Below, in pieces: positions 25,759-38,676 of a DNA stretch of 64,000 bases. The stretch is from Vermamoeba vermiformis. Its lineage: Eukaryota. The stretch is from contig JBEWZL010000179.1 of NCBI GenBank assembly GCA_045837725.1, positions 62,001-126,000 of the forward strand, written 5' to 3'. A model generated the notes under the pieces. It saw only the letters and a list, made by a program, of their open reading frames with translations, was not told the origin of the DNA and did no database searches. The stretch's first letter is position 1; each line of letters begins with the position of its first letter. The translations under genes and the position numbers were made by a program.

Positions 25759-27300
25759 AGCGACAGTTTGGACAGTTATGATTTGTAGCAAACCAATTAT
25801 CAATACAGTTTGCACAAAATATGTGCTTGCACGGCAATTCTCGTAACTCAACCCGTGAACTCAAAACATTCTCTCGACATATTGAACAGTCAATTCTTGT
25901 GGCTGTGGCGTCGTTGTCATCGATTAGAATGGGAAGTTTGTTGATATCACGAACGGGAGTCGGCTCATTCGGTAAGCCAACCAAAAGCTACACAAAAGAG
26001 TTTTTAATGCACGACTCAATACTTTATCATTGTTGTTAATTACTAACTTCATAGTCATAGTCAGGGTCCCTAAATAATTCGGCGATCTGATCCGGGTCAA
26101 ACTCTTCATCAGCGGCAATATTCACAGTTGTTATTTGACCTGAGCTATAGTTCAGAGTAAGTACTCGAGAGCTATCATCGGAAGCAGTCTCAGGCGAAGT
26201 AGGATCTTGCTCTTTAAGCCTTTGCGTGTCAGTCGAAGTGGCAAGCAGATCGGCAGGGTTTTTGATGAAGTTTTCACTGTTGTACAGACTAATAGGATTT
26301 GGCCTAATCATTATATCACGCAGGGTCCCAGGCCTAGACTTTGTGGATGGTGCACTGTTGCTTTGGGCGTTGTTCAGTGTGCTTGTGTACCGCGAAACAA
26401 CGTCGTTGATCACTTGACTTGTTGGAGGAGCTGTTGACAACAACCCACTCTGATTACCTTGTAATTGGCTTGTAGGTTGCAGGGAAGGCTGCTCTACAGG
26501 CCTAGGTGCCAGAGTTGGATGTGGTGCTGGACTTGGACTCGGATGAGGGTAGGGCGGAAACAGAGACCAGTTACCCCAAGGTGCTTGCATTGGCATTGAG
26601 CCTTGGCCTAATGAGCACCAATATGGATATTGTGGTGGTGGCTGTGGCCAGAAAGAGTAGGTTTGCGGATGTGGATACGGATACGGCGGTAAGTACTGTG
26701 GTGCTCCATAAGTGTTTCCTGGGGCAATTGAATTTACAGCACTTGTATTTAGGCCGTCTTGTGCTGAATTTGGTGCCTCTGGTGGAACTTGCGACGTTAG
26801 ACGTTTGTACGAAGCCTGCATCCGAGCAACTTGTGAATCTCCTTTTGTTTCTTTCAAAAACTGCTCGTTTAATTGGCCTGCAAGGGTGTTGCTCTTTGGC
26901 AATGAATTTGAAAGCGCCTGAGCTGGGTTTTCATGATCTAAATAATAAATTCGAGGAAGTTAGTTGTGAAACCAAGACCACTTGGGCACGTACTAATCGC
27001 CTTGGCTAGTATTTCACCTAAATCCACTTTTGGTCGCTTTGGTGCTCCCTGTTGCTCGTGGCTTGCTACTTCAGCAATCTTTCTTTTTGGGCATTGGTGG
27101 CCTTTTTTCGATACACCACACTGAATACATTTTTGAACAGTTCCAACAGGTGGTCCTTTTTTACTCTTTGTGTCGCTATCAAGGAGCTCAAAGAATTTGT
27201 TAATAAATGTCTCTCGCGAGGTTTCTGGTAATTGTCCGCTCTTTATTTTGCCATCAACGATGGCAATCGCCTTTTCGTAATTATCAGCTCGGGAAGTCAT
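25745..27300 (-). CDS. Transposon cargo gene: Zn-knuckle-like motif, Pro/Gln-rich region and C-terminal RING-H2 (putative E3 ubiquitin ligase, ~479 aa, 3 exons)
   Basis: Exons 27300-26994, 26937-26048 and 25987-25745 splice in frame (1440 nt) via GT-AG introns. Motifs CIQCGVSKKGHQC, KRK...KRPK (NLS-like) and CSIC...LPCKHIFCANCIDNW..NCPNCR. Confidence 0.8.
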
Positions 27301-27445
27301 TTGTGGTGGATCTATGCAAAACTACCAATACAATTCACAACCGGTTTGTAAGTGTCAAAAAATCAGCGTTTGGCGTTAAGAAATTTGGCAGAATGTTTCG
27401 CTATTGTTTGACGTTTTGTAATTCACAAAGCTAGTGATTCAAAGA

Positions 27446-27475
27446 CCAAATTTTACGGTAACTATTGTTTCGCTA
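27446..27475 (-). repeat. Right terminal inverted repeat
   Basis: ccaaattttacggtaactattgtttcgcta followed by TA. Confidence 0.93.
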
Positions 27476-27715
27476 TAAAGCGTGCAAAACAACAAATATA
27501 TAGGCAAATTTATTTTTATAATATTTTAATCACGCTTAGAAGTCGTGACTAGAATCTTGACCAGATCAATATGTTAATCTGAGCTAATCTGTTACCTTCA
27601 AATATTCCAAATAAACTGCTCGTTGTTTCTTGCATTTTTTGGTAGGTGCTCGAGTGCTGGCTAACAACAAACAATAAATAATATTTTTTTTTTAGGTTTA
27701 ATCCGCCCTGGAAGA

Positions 27716-28130
27716 TTACACAGTGGTGTATCTCGGCTTTCGTCGCAAACCTATTATAACTACTGCTAAAAGGCCAATAATACCGAGTAAAGCACCTGCA
27801 ATGTGTGAGGCCAATGTGGTCTGTCTGGTCTGTTTGATCTTGGGCTCCGTGCCCTACTGCGTACTTTCGGATGCCTCTCGCACACTTTGTCGTTGGTATA
27901 ATAACATGCGCGATTTGGGTGCAGTTGTAACAATAGGAGTACGAAGTGCAAGGTAAAGTTGGTAGATACATTGGCGCTTGAGAGGTAGTGTTGGCCAAGA
28001 CGCAATATCTATTTCACGAAATAATACATAGGCTTAAATACTAAGCAACAATTGCAAAATTACCGTCTGGATGCCGTACTTACTCAACTCCATCGCAGTT
28101 CGCGTCTAAGACGTGCACACAGGGTAACCC
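27716..28130 (-). pseudogene. Possible decayed fragment of a single-pass surface-protein gene
   Basis: One minus frame reads ...QCIYQL...stop...IAGALLGIIGLLAVIIGLRRKPRYTTV* (TM, basic stop-transfer, YxxV), but an in-frame stop lies upstream and I cannot build a clean model. Confidence 0.3.
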
Positions 28131-28688
28131 TTCTTTTTATTTTTTTGACCCAGATAGGCGATCGATCCATGCTACTAAATATAGGAATCGATAGGACGAT
28201 TTTCTTTCTTCGTTGAAGTTCCTGACTCGAAGCATCATATACTACGCGGTACATGTCCGCCAATTTATCGTAAGTCGTAAAGTCTTCATTAATTCAAGGC
28301 AGTGTGTTAACTTAAGACCATTTCGGCGCAAGCTAAAGATAAAGGTTTGAGCAGGGCGATCGAGAGTGGATCCAATATATCGGATGAAATTTCAGCGTGG
28401 CACGTGTTCGGCACTGAATTGATAGATAGCTAAATCAAGTTATATGTTTGTTGTGCCTCAGAAGGTGCGTTCTGAACCGTTCAATATAATACGGTATAAT
28501 CGGCAAATAAATGCCGATAAATTTTTGCAATTTAATGGGAAGCAAGTTTTGACGTGCGTCAGTCGCGAGATTTTCGATTTCATTTCCTGCTTTGTAACTA
28601 ATTATTATTTTAATAGCGAGAGCTCGGGTGACCACGCTTAATTGTATTCAGTATTCTACGGTTGATCTGGCCATTGTAGTGCCATAAA

Positions 28689-31021
28689 ATGCCACTGCCG
28701 ATCCGTTGCTTATCCTTTATTTTCTTATTATATGTAAGTAGCCTAAGTATCAGTTAGATGATATGGTTATTATTTACGGAGTTTATTTTATCAACGACGG
28801 CATTATAGAACCAAATTTAAATTTTAACGGCTTGGATCCGCTAACTATTTAAATTTAGGTCTCATCAATTAGCGGCATTACTATTCGAATAAATAACAAT
28901 GAGCCGTTGTATTTCAACTCACCACCAGCGCGTTACGGCACGATGAATTTCAACATCACAAATGCAACTCTCGTTCTTGCTGACCCAATCAACTTGTGTT
29001 CATCTCAAAGTGCTGATTTTACTGGAAAAATCGTCGTCGCGAGTCATAATGACTGCGGGCCAACAACTAAGCTTCAATTCGCTTTCGAACGTGGAGCCTT
29101 GGTAACTTCCTATAAATAGCTACTATTAATCGAGGGTTCTGAATAATCATATGATAATACGAGGCTTTACGATTGAAATTTATGCTGGCACAATGTTATA
29201 AATTTGAATTCCTCAGGTTTTGTTTTGATCCAAAATTTTAATCGTGCGTTTAGGCAGTGTTAGCTCACGTTGAACTGAGTACTGGGCCCTCTGGCAACTT
29301 TTACTGGCGCACTACAAATGGACGGGCGTCTCCGAGCGATTTTATTCCGTACTTAGTCGTAAACTCAACGGTAAGTTCTGATCTAGATGCGAAATTAATT
29401 TGAGACTTAGTTTTCGTACTTAGGATGGAGCAACGATACGGAATTTATTATCAAATGCCTCATCGACTGATGTAGTCACTGCAGATGTGTATTCTAACGG
29501 TAAAAACAAAGCGCGACACAGTTTAATCTTTGCATTTATTCTGACGTAGGAATTAACTTTTAGACGAACGAAATCAATGGAAGGAATTGCTCGACACATC
29601 CAATCAATATTTAATATCAGTAGTCGTGCTTATCGTAGCCAACGCAGCAGGTCTTGGTTTTGCGCTGAGTCGCCTGATCTCGCTGCTCTTGAGCAAAGGA
29701 TGTTCTCGAACAACAAGTCACTTCACTTTGTCATTCATTTGTGCAGGACACACATCGACAATCATCTATTTCACCATCAACATCATTGATATCAAGACTG
29801 GTCCTGTTGCTCCTGAAGTCGTTCATAACATCTTTTTAATCTTCCCTGAACTGTTTCAAATGCTCTCGAGCCTTATCGTCAGTCTTTATTGGTAAGAAGA
29901 ATGGAATTCTATTTTCGAAACATTTGCATTTGTTTTTAACTTTCGGAGTACGGTCCGACTATTCCCTAATTGGTAATCTTGGCAGGTTCGAGTTGATCAG
30001 TTCAGTGAGCACTATTCCAATCAGTTTTGTTAAGAGGTTATTCAAGCCTTTCATTGCATTCGCAATCGTAAGTGGCGAGCGGCATAAGCAAACATCGATT
30101 TCACATCTAACGGATGCACATCCAGGTCATCAGTGTCTTGTACGTTGTGGTCATTCTCATTGCTGGATTGCATCTAAGTGATTTAGCCATTGTCGTTTTC
30201 TATCTCGTTTTTGTTGCCCTAAGTTTGGTAAGTTTTAGACTCGCGTACTGGATCCAAACTCTAACCGTCTTATAAAGCTCGTTGCTATTGTGTGGATTGT
30301 CGTAGGATCTAAAATGGTGCATTATATCGGCCGAAAGAAGTCCGAGAACAAAAAGAAATCGGCAAACTTCAAACGCGTAAGTCCATTCACTTTTTTTCAC
30401 TGAACGGTGCACTAACACCAGATCCAGATGAGCGGACTTATTATAGCTTGCGCGGTGTGCTTGATCATCACTCGGATGTTATATTTATGGCTCGGATTAG
30501 ATCCTACAGTGGCTGGATACCCTTCAAAATGGCTCCTTGTAGAGTCATTAATTTTCGTGTTTCAACTGGCCACGGCGTTCATTCAAACAGGTCTCTTCAA
30601 GTTCCACAAACGAGACTTTAAGACCAGTAGAGGATCGTCTGACGACTCCAAGACCAACACCAAGGCATCGGCCACCGGATCCTCGCTGAAGCTGAGTATG
30701 GCTGCAGCCACGAAGGGAGATTCAACTGCAGCGGATACGCTTACTGACAAGAATGAAGAATTTGATCAAAATGACAATTCGTCGGAGGACAGTAGCGAGA
30801 GCAAGACGAGCGATCGCAATAACAACGACAAAGAAGTCACATTAGATCCGGTCCCACTGTCCCCCGCTCATGACGAGAAAGGCACCGAAAAGCAAGCTAA
30901 CGAATCAAGTACTAGTAGTGAAGAGCAATCAGAGTCCAATGAACCATCGAGTAGCAGTTCGGGATCCCAAGAAGAACAAAACGATAGTAAAAATAGTTCT
31001 TCCGCGTCAAGTCGTGAGTAG
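28689..31021 (+). CDS. PA-domain 7TM receptor-like protein, copy 1
   Basis: Signal exon. PA-like PARYG...LVLADPINLC...FTGKIVV...C...K.Q.A.ERGA. Seven hydrophobic segments after splicing and an acidic Ser-rich tail. Confidence 0.8.
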
Positions 31022-31114
31022 CTTACTTGATCATAATAGTGTATTAATAATATCTTAGAATAAAATATTGGCCCAGTGGCCTTCTGATCGATGCGGTGGC
31101 AATTTAATTAAAGA

Positions 31115-31126
31115 TGACACGTGTCA
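31115..31126. promoter_or_regulatory. Palindrome TGACACGTGTCA, ~122 bp upstream of PA-7TM copy 2
   Basis: Exact recurring palindrome. Confidence 0.45.
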
Positions 31127-31247
31127 CCACAAATCGTCACCGCCGTAAAACCTGTGCGTAATTAGTTGCGTATTTTACTTTCCATTAATAACAACGAAAA
31201 GGAGACGTATGATAGGATAACCGACGAAAGAATTGAAGTTGCGAAGA

Positions 31248-33479
31248 ATGATCTCCAGTCACATCCCAAACCACTTTTTGTTATTGGGACTGATAATGGC
31301 ATTGGTATGTTTGTAGCACTAAATGATATCAGTAGACCAGAGTATGATATTACTTAGATCCTTAGGTTACAGAATTATTTGGCCTGGATCTAACGTTTTT
31401 TGGGATTTATCAAATTACGCCCGGATTAACGCGCTTATTTGTTAGATATCCAGTACTCAATCCATTATTATCTATGCCAACAATAGCGAAGTTTATTTCA
31501 ATTCTCCTGCGGTTCGTTACGGCAACCTGGATTTCAACATTAATAATGCAACTCTTGTTCTCGCGGAACCACTCAACTTGTGTTCCCACCAAACTGGTAA
31601 TTTTACTGGAAAAATCGTTGTTGCAACGCATAACGGATGCAGCCCAACGACAAAGATCCAGTTTGCAATGGAACGCGGAGCAATTGTAAGTATTTGTGAT
31701 ATTAAACGACACGTAGTCTTATATCGAATGGTATTAATACCATTTAATCTAATTATTGGCATCGATAACCAAATTGATTGCTTAATTTGGACAAAAGCGT
31801 AACAACGGGCCGGACAAACAGCTAATTATAGTATTTTAGGCAATATTAGCGCAACACGATGGAAGACGAGGACCAGCAGGCAACATTTATTGGCGAACGA
31901 CGAATGGTCGGTGGGCTCCTGCCGAGTTTATTCCTTACGTTGTAGTAAACGCATCCGTAAGTTGTTGCCTGTCTACTCCAAACTTAATGTGCTTACTCTA
32001 TGCCCATAGGACGGCGACAGCATTATAAGTCTAGTTGCTAATTCGACGAGCAATGAAATTACGGCAGATCTGGATCCGAATGGTGAGTTTACCCGATCTT
32101 TTTTCGAGATCTGACATTATTTTAGATAGGAACGAATGGAAGATATTACTCGACACTTCTAATAGATACTTGGCTTCTGTTATAATCCTTATTGTGGCCA
32201 ATGCAGCAGGTCTTGGTTTTGCGTTGAGTCGTCTGATCTCGTTGATCATGAGCAAAGGATGTTCTCGAACAACAAGTCACTTCACTTTGTCATTCATTTG
32301 TGCAGGACACACATCGACAATCATCTATTTCACCATCAACATCATTGATATCAAGACTGGTCCTGTCGCCCCTGAAGTCGTTCATAACATCTTTTTGGTC
32401 TTTCCGGAGCTATTTCAAATGCTATCGAGCCTTATAGTCAGCTTATTTTGGTAAGTAAAAGGTTTACGAGTCAGATTCATCAACAAATGGATCCGTTACA
32501 ATTTTCCTAATTTGGAAATACCCAGGTTTGAGTTGATGACATCGACGAGTACTACGCCTATTCGCTTTGTTAAGAAGCTATCCAAGCCTTTCATAGCATT
32601 TGCAATTGTAAGTGGACCCCTTGCCTCGTTGCAGATCTAACGTAGTTGCCAGATAATATGCGCACTGTATGTGCTAGTCATAATATTGTCCGGTTTCAAT
32701 CTCAGCGACATTATGTTCGTCATATTTTACCTGGTATTTGTTGCTTTAAGCTTGGTAAGGACTACGTTGTTCAGTTTGACAAGTTCCGGATCTAACTTTT
32801 AGCCAGCTTGTCGCGACAGTATGGATAATCATTGGCGCTAAGATGATCCATCATATTCAAAGCAGTGCTAATATCCGCAGTAAGAAGGCTTCAAACTTCA
32901 ACAGAGTACGTGCTCGAGCGAATTTCCTTCCAGATCTAAGTTTATTCCTTCCAGTTGAGTGCCTTAATCATCGTATGTGCTGCATGTTTGATCATCACTC
33001 GTATGCTCTATTTATGGCTGGCACTGGACCCAACAGCTGACAGCAACCCGGACCGCTGGATCGTGTTCACGACTTTGATTTTCATCTTTCAACTGGCCAC
33101 AGCGTTCATTCAAACAGGTCTGTTCAAGTTCCACAAACGAGACTTTAAGACCAGCAAAGGATCGTCTGACGAATCAAAAAACAAACTGAAGGGATCTGTC
33201 GGAAGTACATCCGTGAACCTTAGTGCTGCAGCTACGAAGGGAGATTCAACGGCGATGGACACAATCACCACAGAGAGAATAGAAGACTATGATCAGAACG
33301 ACAATTCATCGGAGGAAAGTAGCGAGAGCAAGCCAGACAAAGATAGTGACATTAACATCATGAATGTCACAAATCCGTTGTCGCCCAGGACTGACGATAC
33401 AAACTCCGAAGAAAACAGCGCGAGCCAATCGAACGGCAACAATGAAGAGCAACCAGAGTCTGGAACGGAAATAGACTAA
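31248..33479 (+). CDS. PA-domain 7TM receptor-like protein, copy 2
   Basis: Same exon structure and motifs as copy 1, with a more divergent PA exon. Confidence 0.8.
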
Positions 33480-33600
33480 TTGGTATGCCTGGACACGAAC
33501 ATTCTATCATGCTCTTAATAAAAACATGACCTATTTAAATAGGCGCGAAGTGGAAACTATGATGGCAAAATACGTTCTCGCTCGATAAAAATGATGAAGT

Positions 33601-33612
33601 TGACACGTGTCA
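33601..33612. promoter_or_regulatory. Palindrome TGACACGTGTCA, ~129 bp upstream of PA-7TM copy 3
   Basis: Exact recurring palindrome. Confidence 0.45.
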
Positions 33613-33740
33613 AACTGTGATTACGGTGATTTTCGTGTTCCGAATGTAAAGTCGATTGCAAGTTTTGTTAGTTTTTGCAATACCCGCAGCAGTAGCTACT
33701 ACATTTGATAGTACAGGGTGGATGGCTCGGAAAAATTGAA

Positions 33741-35922
33741 ATGTCAATTGCAAGCTCTTTAATCCTGCTGCTTTCTCTGGCCTTCTGTGTAAGTGCAACC
33801 GATTAATTTTGTTTTATATTGATGGTCATAATAATAATTATAGTATTTTTACGTGCTATTTTGCGAACTGACACGCAACTGTTTCAGATGTGGATCTTGC
33901 TGATTCAATATTATTTTAGGTCGCATCGATTAGCTGCATTACAATACGAATAAATAACAATGAGCCATTATATTTCAATTCACCACCAGCTCGTTACGGC
34001 ACGATGAATTTCAACATCACAAATGCAACTCTCGTTCTTGCTGACCCAATCAACTTATGCTCATCTCAAAGTGCTGATTTTACTGGAAAAATTGTCGTCG
34101 CTAGTAATAATGATTGCAGTCCAACAAGAAAACTTCAACTGGCAATTGAGCGTGGAGCTGTTGTAAGTTTACCAAAAAATTCAGTCAGTTACTCAATAGT
34201 TACTGCCGTAGTGATGAATATAATATGATATTGTTATCAAAGCCCATAATTATTACAATTAATTAGATGCGTTGCACTTTAATTATTAACTTCGGAAATC
34301 CGTCAGGCGGTGCTATCTCAAGTAGAAGGAATTCGAAGAGGACCTGCCGGCAATTTATATTGGAGGACAACGACGGGACGATGGGCTCCTAGCGATTTTA
34401 TTCCTTACCTCACCGTAAATTTGACGGTAAGGATCCAGATGCGGAATTTTTAATCGTTATTTTTATTAATGGCAAGTCTTAGGATGGTGCAACGATACGC
34501 GAGTTAATATTAAATGCTTCAGAGAGTGATTTTATAACGGCTGACGTATTCTCAAATGGTAAATTGCTCCGGACAAAATTCAGTTGCTTATTTTTTAATT
34601 TAGCCGAGCCTAATCAATGGAAAGACATGCTCGATACGTCTAATCAATACATGTTAGTCGCTATAGTGCTTATCGTGGCCAACGCAGCAGGCCTTGGTTT
34701 TGCATTGAGTCGTCTTATCTCATTGATCATGAGCAAAGGATGTTCTCGAACAACAAGTCACTTCACTTTGTCATTCATTTGTGCAGGACACACATCGACA
34801 ATCATCTATTTCACCATCAACATCATCGACATCAAGACTGGTCCTGTCGCTCCTGAAGTCGTGCATAACATCTTTATTATATTTCCGGAGCTATTTCAAA
34901 TGTTAGCGAGCCTTATCGTTAGTCTATATTGGTATGTAATTCAGTTGCCGCTGTTGTTAAGGAATCACGTGACTTATTTCGAGATCAAACTGACAATCTT
35001 GTATCAGGTACGAACTTATTAATTCAGTGAGCACTATTCCAATCAGCTTCGTTAAGAAATTGTCAAAGCCTTTCATTGCATTCGGAGTAGTAAGTACCAA
35101 AGGGTTCGTCATAATCCCATCCGGATCAGATCTAACTGACCGGATCCAATCAGATCATTAGCGTCTTATATGTTATTGTTATTATATTCCTTGGATTGCA
35201 TCTGAGCGATATAGCAATTATCGTCTTCTATCTCGTATTTGTCGTTCTTAGTTTGGTACGTACTGGATCCAAACCCTTACCCCCGACATTTTTAACTAAC
35301 TTGCTCAGCTCGTGGCTATAATTTGGATCATTGTTGGTGGAAAAATGGTGCACTACATTCGAGTGCGAAAGTCCGAAAGCGAGAAAAAGTCAACGAACTT
35401 CAAGCGAGTAAGTCGTGGTATACTTTTCACTGAATGGTATACTAAACCCAGATCCAGTTGAGCGCACTTATCATTATTTGCGCGGCATGTCTTATAGTTA
35501 CTCGACTGCTCTATTTGTGGTTCGGCTTAGATCCCACAGTGGCCGGATACCCTCAGAGATGGCTCACTGCGGAGGTGGTGATTTTCATCTTTCAACTGGC
35601 CACAGCGTTCATTCAAACAGGTCTGTTCAAGTTCCACAAACGAGATTTCAAGACGACATCGAATAAAGGATCGTCTGACATGTCAAATACGAACCCAAAA
35701 GTATCGACTGGCGGAACATCAGTCAAATTGAGTGTGGCTGCTGCGACGAAGGGCGATTCAACTGCCGCAGAAACAATCGCTGAAAAAGAGGAAGAATTTG
35801 ATCAAAATGACAACAAATCGGAGGCGAGTAGCGAAGTGGAGGAGCCCCTAAGCGAGGACGAAGCTTCTGGCAGCGAATCAAGTTCAGTTGAAAGCAGCGA
35901 TAGCAGCATTGGTTCGTCGTAA
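33741..35922 (+). CDS. PA-domain 7TM receptor-like protein, copy 3
   Basis: Same exon structure and motifs as copy 1. Confidence 0.8.
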
Positions 35923-36365
35923 TTTCAAGATTATGATGCGCAATGTAAAATAAATGATTTCGATCGAATTTACCTCGTACTGACAAGATTTTACTTCGTT
36001 TTTTTGCAAGAATATTTCAATGCCCGAGTACAATCTAAAGCAAAAATGGTTAGTTATTTTGCTACACTATAAGTATATTTCCTGGATTGAAGGATCTCGG
36101 TGCTTCTTGGTCGGGTCATGTGTCACGACTTTGGTACTAAACTTGCCAAGGAGGATTTTAGGCCTTAACCACCAAATGGTAATAATTTTGCAAAACACGT
36201 GCTAGATATGAAATAAACGGTGAACTATTGGCCGACTATTTTTAGAATGGATCAATCTTTTTGTACCGACACGTATTTTTGGCGCTTTGCAAAAACCAGG
36301 ATTTTCGAACAATTGTTTTGTGCGCCAACGCCAACTACAACCAAGCAACTCTATTTAGAATAGGG

Positions 36366-38313
36366 ATGGTAGGCAAATCGTGTCCTGTAGTCAGATTCAT
36401 TTTCAGACCTAAACTTAAATTGTTGCTGCAACAGAATTATTATTTATAATTTTTATTACAGTGGAATTTTGTTACTGCAGAGACAGAGAAGGAGCCTGCA
36501 GAGTGCCACAAGTGCAAAGCGCCGTTTGACGACGAAAATGATTTTTCTACTTTTTGTAAATCCTGCAATGAGGTCAGTATTAGTTAAAGTACTTATTTTA
36601 CATATTTTAGTAATTATTTAAGAATTAATTTGATTTTTACAGGCGCGAAAATTATTTGATACGGAAATCGTTCGTGCTATCAAAGAAAACAAACCGTTTC
36701 AGATTGTCGATAGATACTCGCTTTATATGCCCACTCAACTATTGAATGAGATCGATATTAGTCCTATTTACGATGCTTTGGTTACTGCGACGGGAACGAC
36801 GAGCTTTGGATGTCGAAAAGACCATTCACCGAAGGAGTGCGAGGCCTTAGCGAGGTTAATAGCACACAATGTACCGCATATGAAAGATCTTAATATTGAA
36901 AGTGGCTCATTTAACGATGAAACTGGCAGCATTGCAGCGGCGTTGAAAGTTAACGATCAGATTCGCAACCTCAGATTCGAAGACACAGCACGGGGTATGG
37001 GACTCATTGCAAAGGGGTTGGAACACAACACCTCTATCAATACTGTAATATTGGTTGGAACTAAATGCGTTGATGACGGTGCTAAAGTATTGTTCGAATC
37101 CCTCGCGAAAAACAAATCCGTCAAAGAGATCAGCTTTCGATTGGAGAGCAGTTTAAATAAGGAAGCTTTTATAGCAATGGCAGAGATGCTTAAAGTCAAT
37201 ACGACGATTGAAACGTTAGATTTTTTGGATAGTCAGTTCGGATCTCGTACGGAGTTTGAATTTTGGAAGATTCTTGCTGATGGTCTGGCGGCTAGTAAAG
37301 GTCTAAAAACTCTTCAACTACGCAATACCAATATGGATAGTGATAGTATAGGCGTTATTTTGGAGGCGTTGAAATCAAACACGACTTTAGAATCCCTCGA
37401 AGTGCCGTTACACGATCAACAAAGCTGCATCCACTTGACCAACTTTTTGAAAGCTAATACGCCGTTAAAAACAATATCTATCTCAGGATTCTGTCGCTAT
37501 CCTATTGCCGAGCTAGCAGAAGGCATAAAAGCAAATACTCGTTTGAAACATTTTGGATCCGATTGTACCGCGCCAACGGGAGATTTCAGACCTTTCTTAG
37601 AAGCATTTAAATACAACAAAACAATAGAATCGCTTGGATTAAATGAAACAAGGATGAACGATGACGCAGTTCGATGTCTGGCTGAAGTTTTGAAGATCAA
37701 CAAATCCATTAAACAGATCGCACTTTCAAATTGTAGCACGCAGAACCGAGAGACGTGGAATATGTTCATAGAAGTACTGAAATATAACACTATTATTGAA
37801 GATATATCCTTTGGTCCTCAAACTTCATGGGGAGGTCCTAGTGTTAACGTCATCGAACTTGTAGCGGATTTGATCCGAAACAACAAGACTATAACAACGC
37901 TGCGTGTGAGTGGGGACGTTGATATGGAAAAAATGCATATACTTAAAGAGCTATTAATGGAGAACGAGACTTTAAGATCGTTTTGTTTACGAGATGCAAG
38001 AAGAGCTCCAGCGGATGTGGCCGAAAAACTCTGCGATGAAATCTTTTCGAAGAATTATGCGCTAACTAGACTTAGCATAATTAAAGATGATTCGGATAAA
38101 TGGTCGGACTACTGCCAGCGAAACGAAGCCTATCAAGACAAAATTTATCAAGAGACCGTAGTTATAATTCATAACTTGGCTCGCAGTGCTAATACGAAGA
38201 ATTTATTGCCTAGTGAGCTGTGGGGCCACATATTTAGAATGGTGAAGTACCCTGGCCTGCCGCACTTCGGATCCATTGCTGAACGAATTTTCAAACAACA
38301 GGTCAATAAATAG
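36366..38313 (+). CDS. RI-like leucine-rich-repeat protein with an N-terminal C4 zinc ribbon and a C-terminal F-box-like motif
   Basis: Upstream exon CHKC...CKSC. Repeats of the LKxNTTLxxLxL type in the 528-aa ORF. C-terminal LLPSELWGHIFRMV. The start (ATG directly before a GT donor) is inferred. Confidence 0.75.
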
Positions 38314-38537
38314 ATGGCTTATTATTCATACAAAGATCGTCTAATATTGTTTAAAATAGAGTGCTAATGCTATGAACGAGAAAAAGCGAAAACGAAGCGA
38401 TAGCGAAATTTCAGATCCGGATGCACTTGACAACAGCAAAAAGCGCAAATTGTAATAAGGTTGTATAGTACTGCTTATTATGGATAACTAATGAAGCGAC
38501 ATGGGAATTTCGTAATGATTACGAAATCTATCCTCGT

Positions 38538-38549
38538 TGACACGTGTCA
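38538..38549. promoter_or_regulatory. Palindrome TGACACGTGTCA, ~128 bp upstream of PA-7TM copy 4
   Basis: Exact recurring palindrome. Confidence 0.45.
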
Positions 38550-38676
38550 TTCACTGGTACACTCGGTCTCCGGAAATATTGACTGTAAATTATTACTTTT
38601 TAAAACCATTAACATTCAACTTCAGTCGTCGGAGATCACACGACGCTACTTGAGGGTGGATCCAAGTAATAGAAAA

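Larger units (their letters stand above)
24422..27475. mobile_element. IS630-Tc1-mariner (DD37E) DNA transposon, 3,054 bp, carrying two genes
   Basis: 30-bp terminal inverted repeats with 1 mismatch, flanking TA at 24420-24421 and 27476-27477, and an intact spliced DDE transposase inside. The ends could shift by 2 nt if the duplication is TATA. Confidence 0.93.

Noticed and set aside
26506-27009. 167-aa plus-strand ORF inside the transposon (a third gene?)
   Set aside because: It is the antisense shadow of the Pro-rich cargo exon, with a non-ATG start and no motifs.
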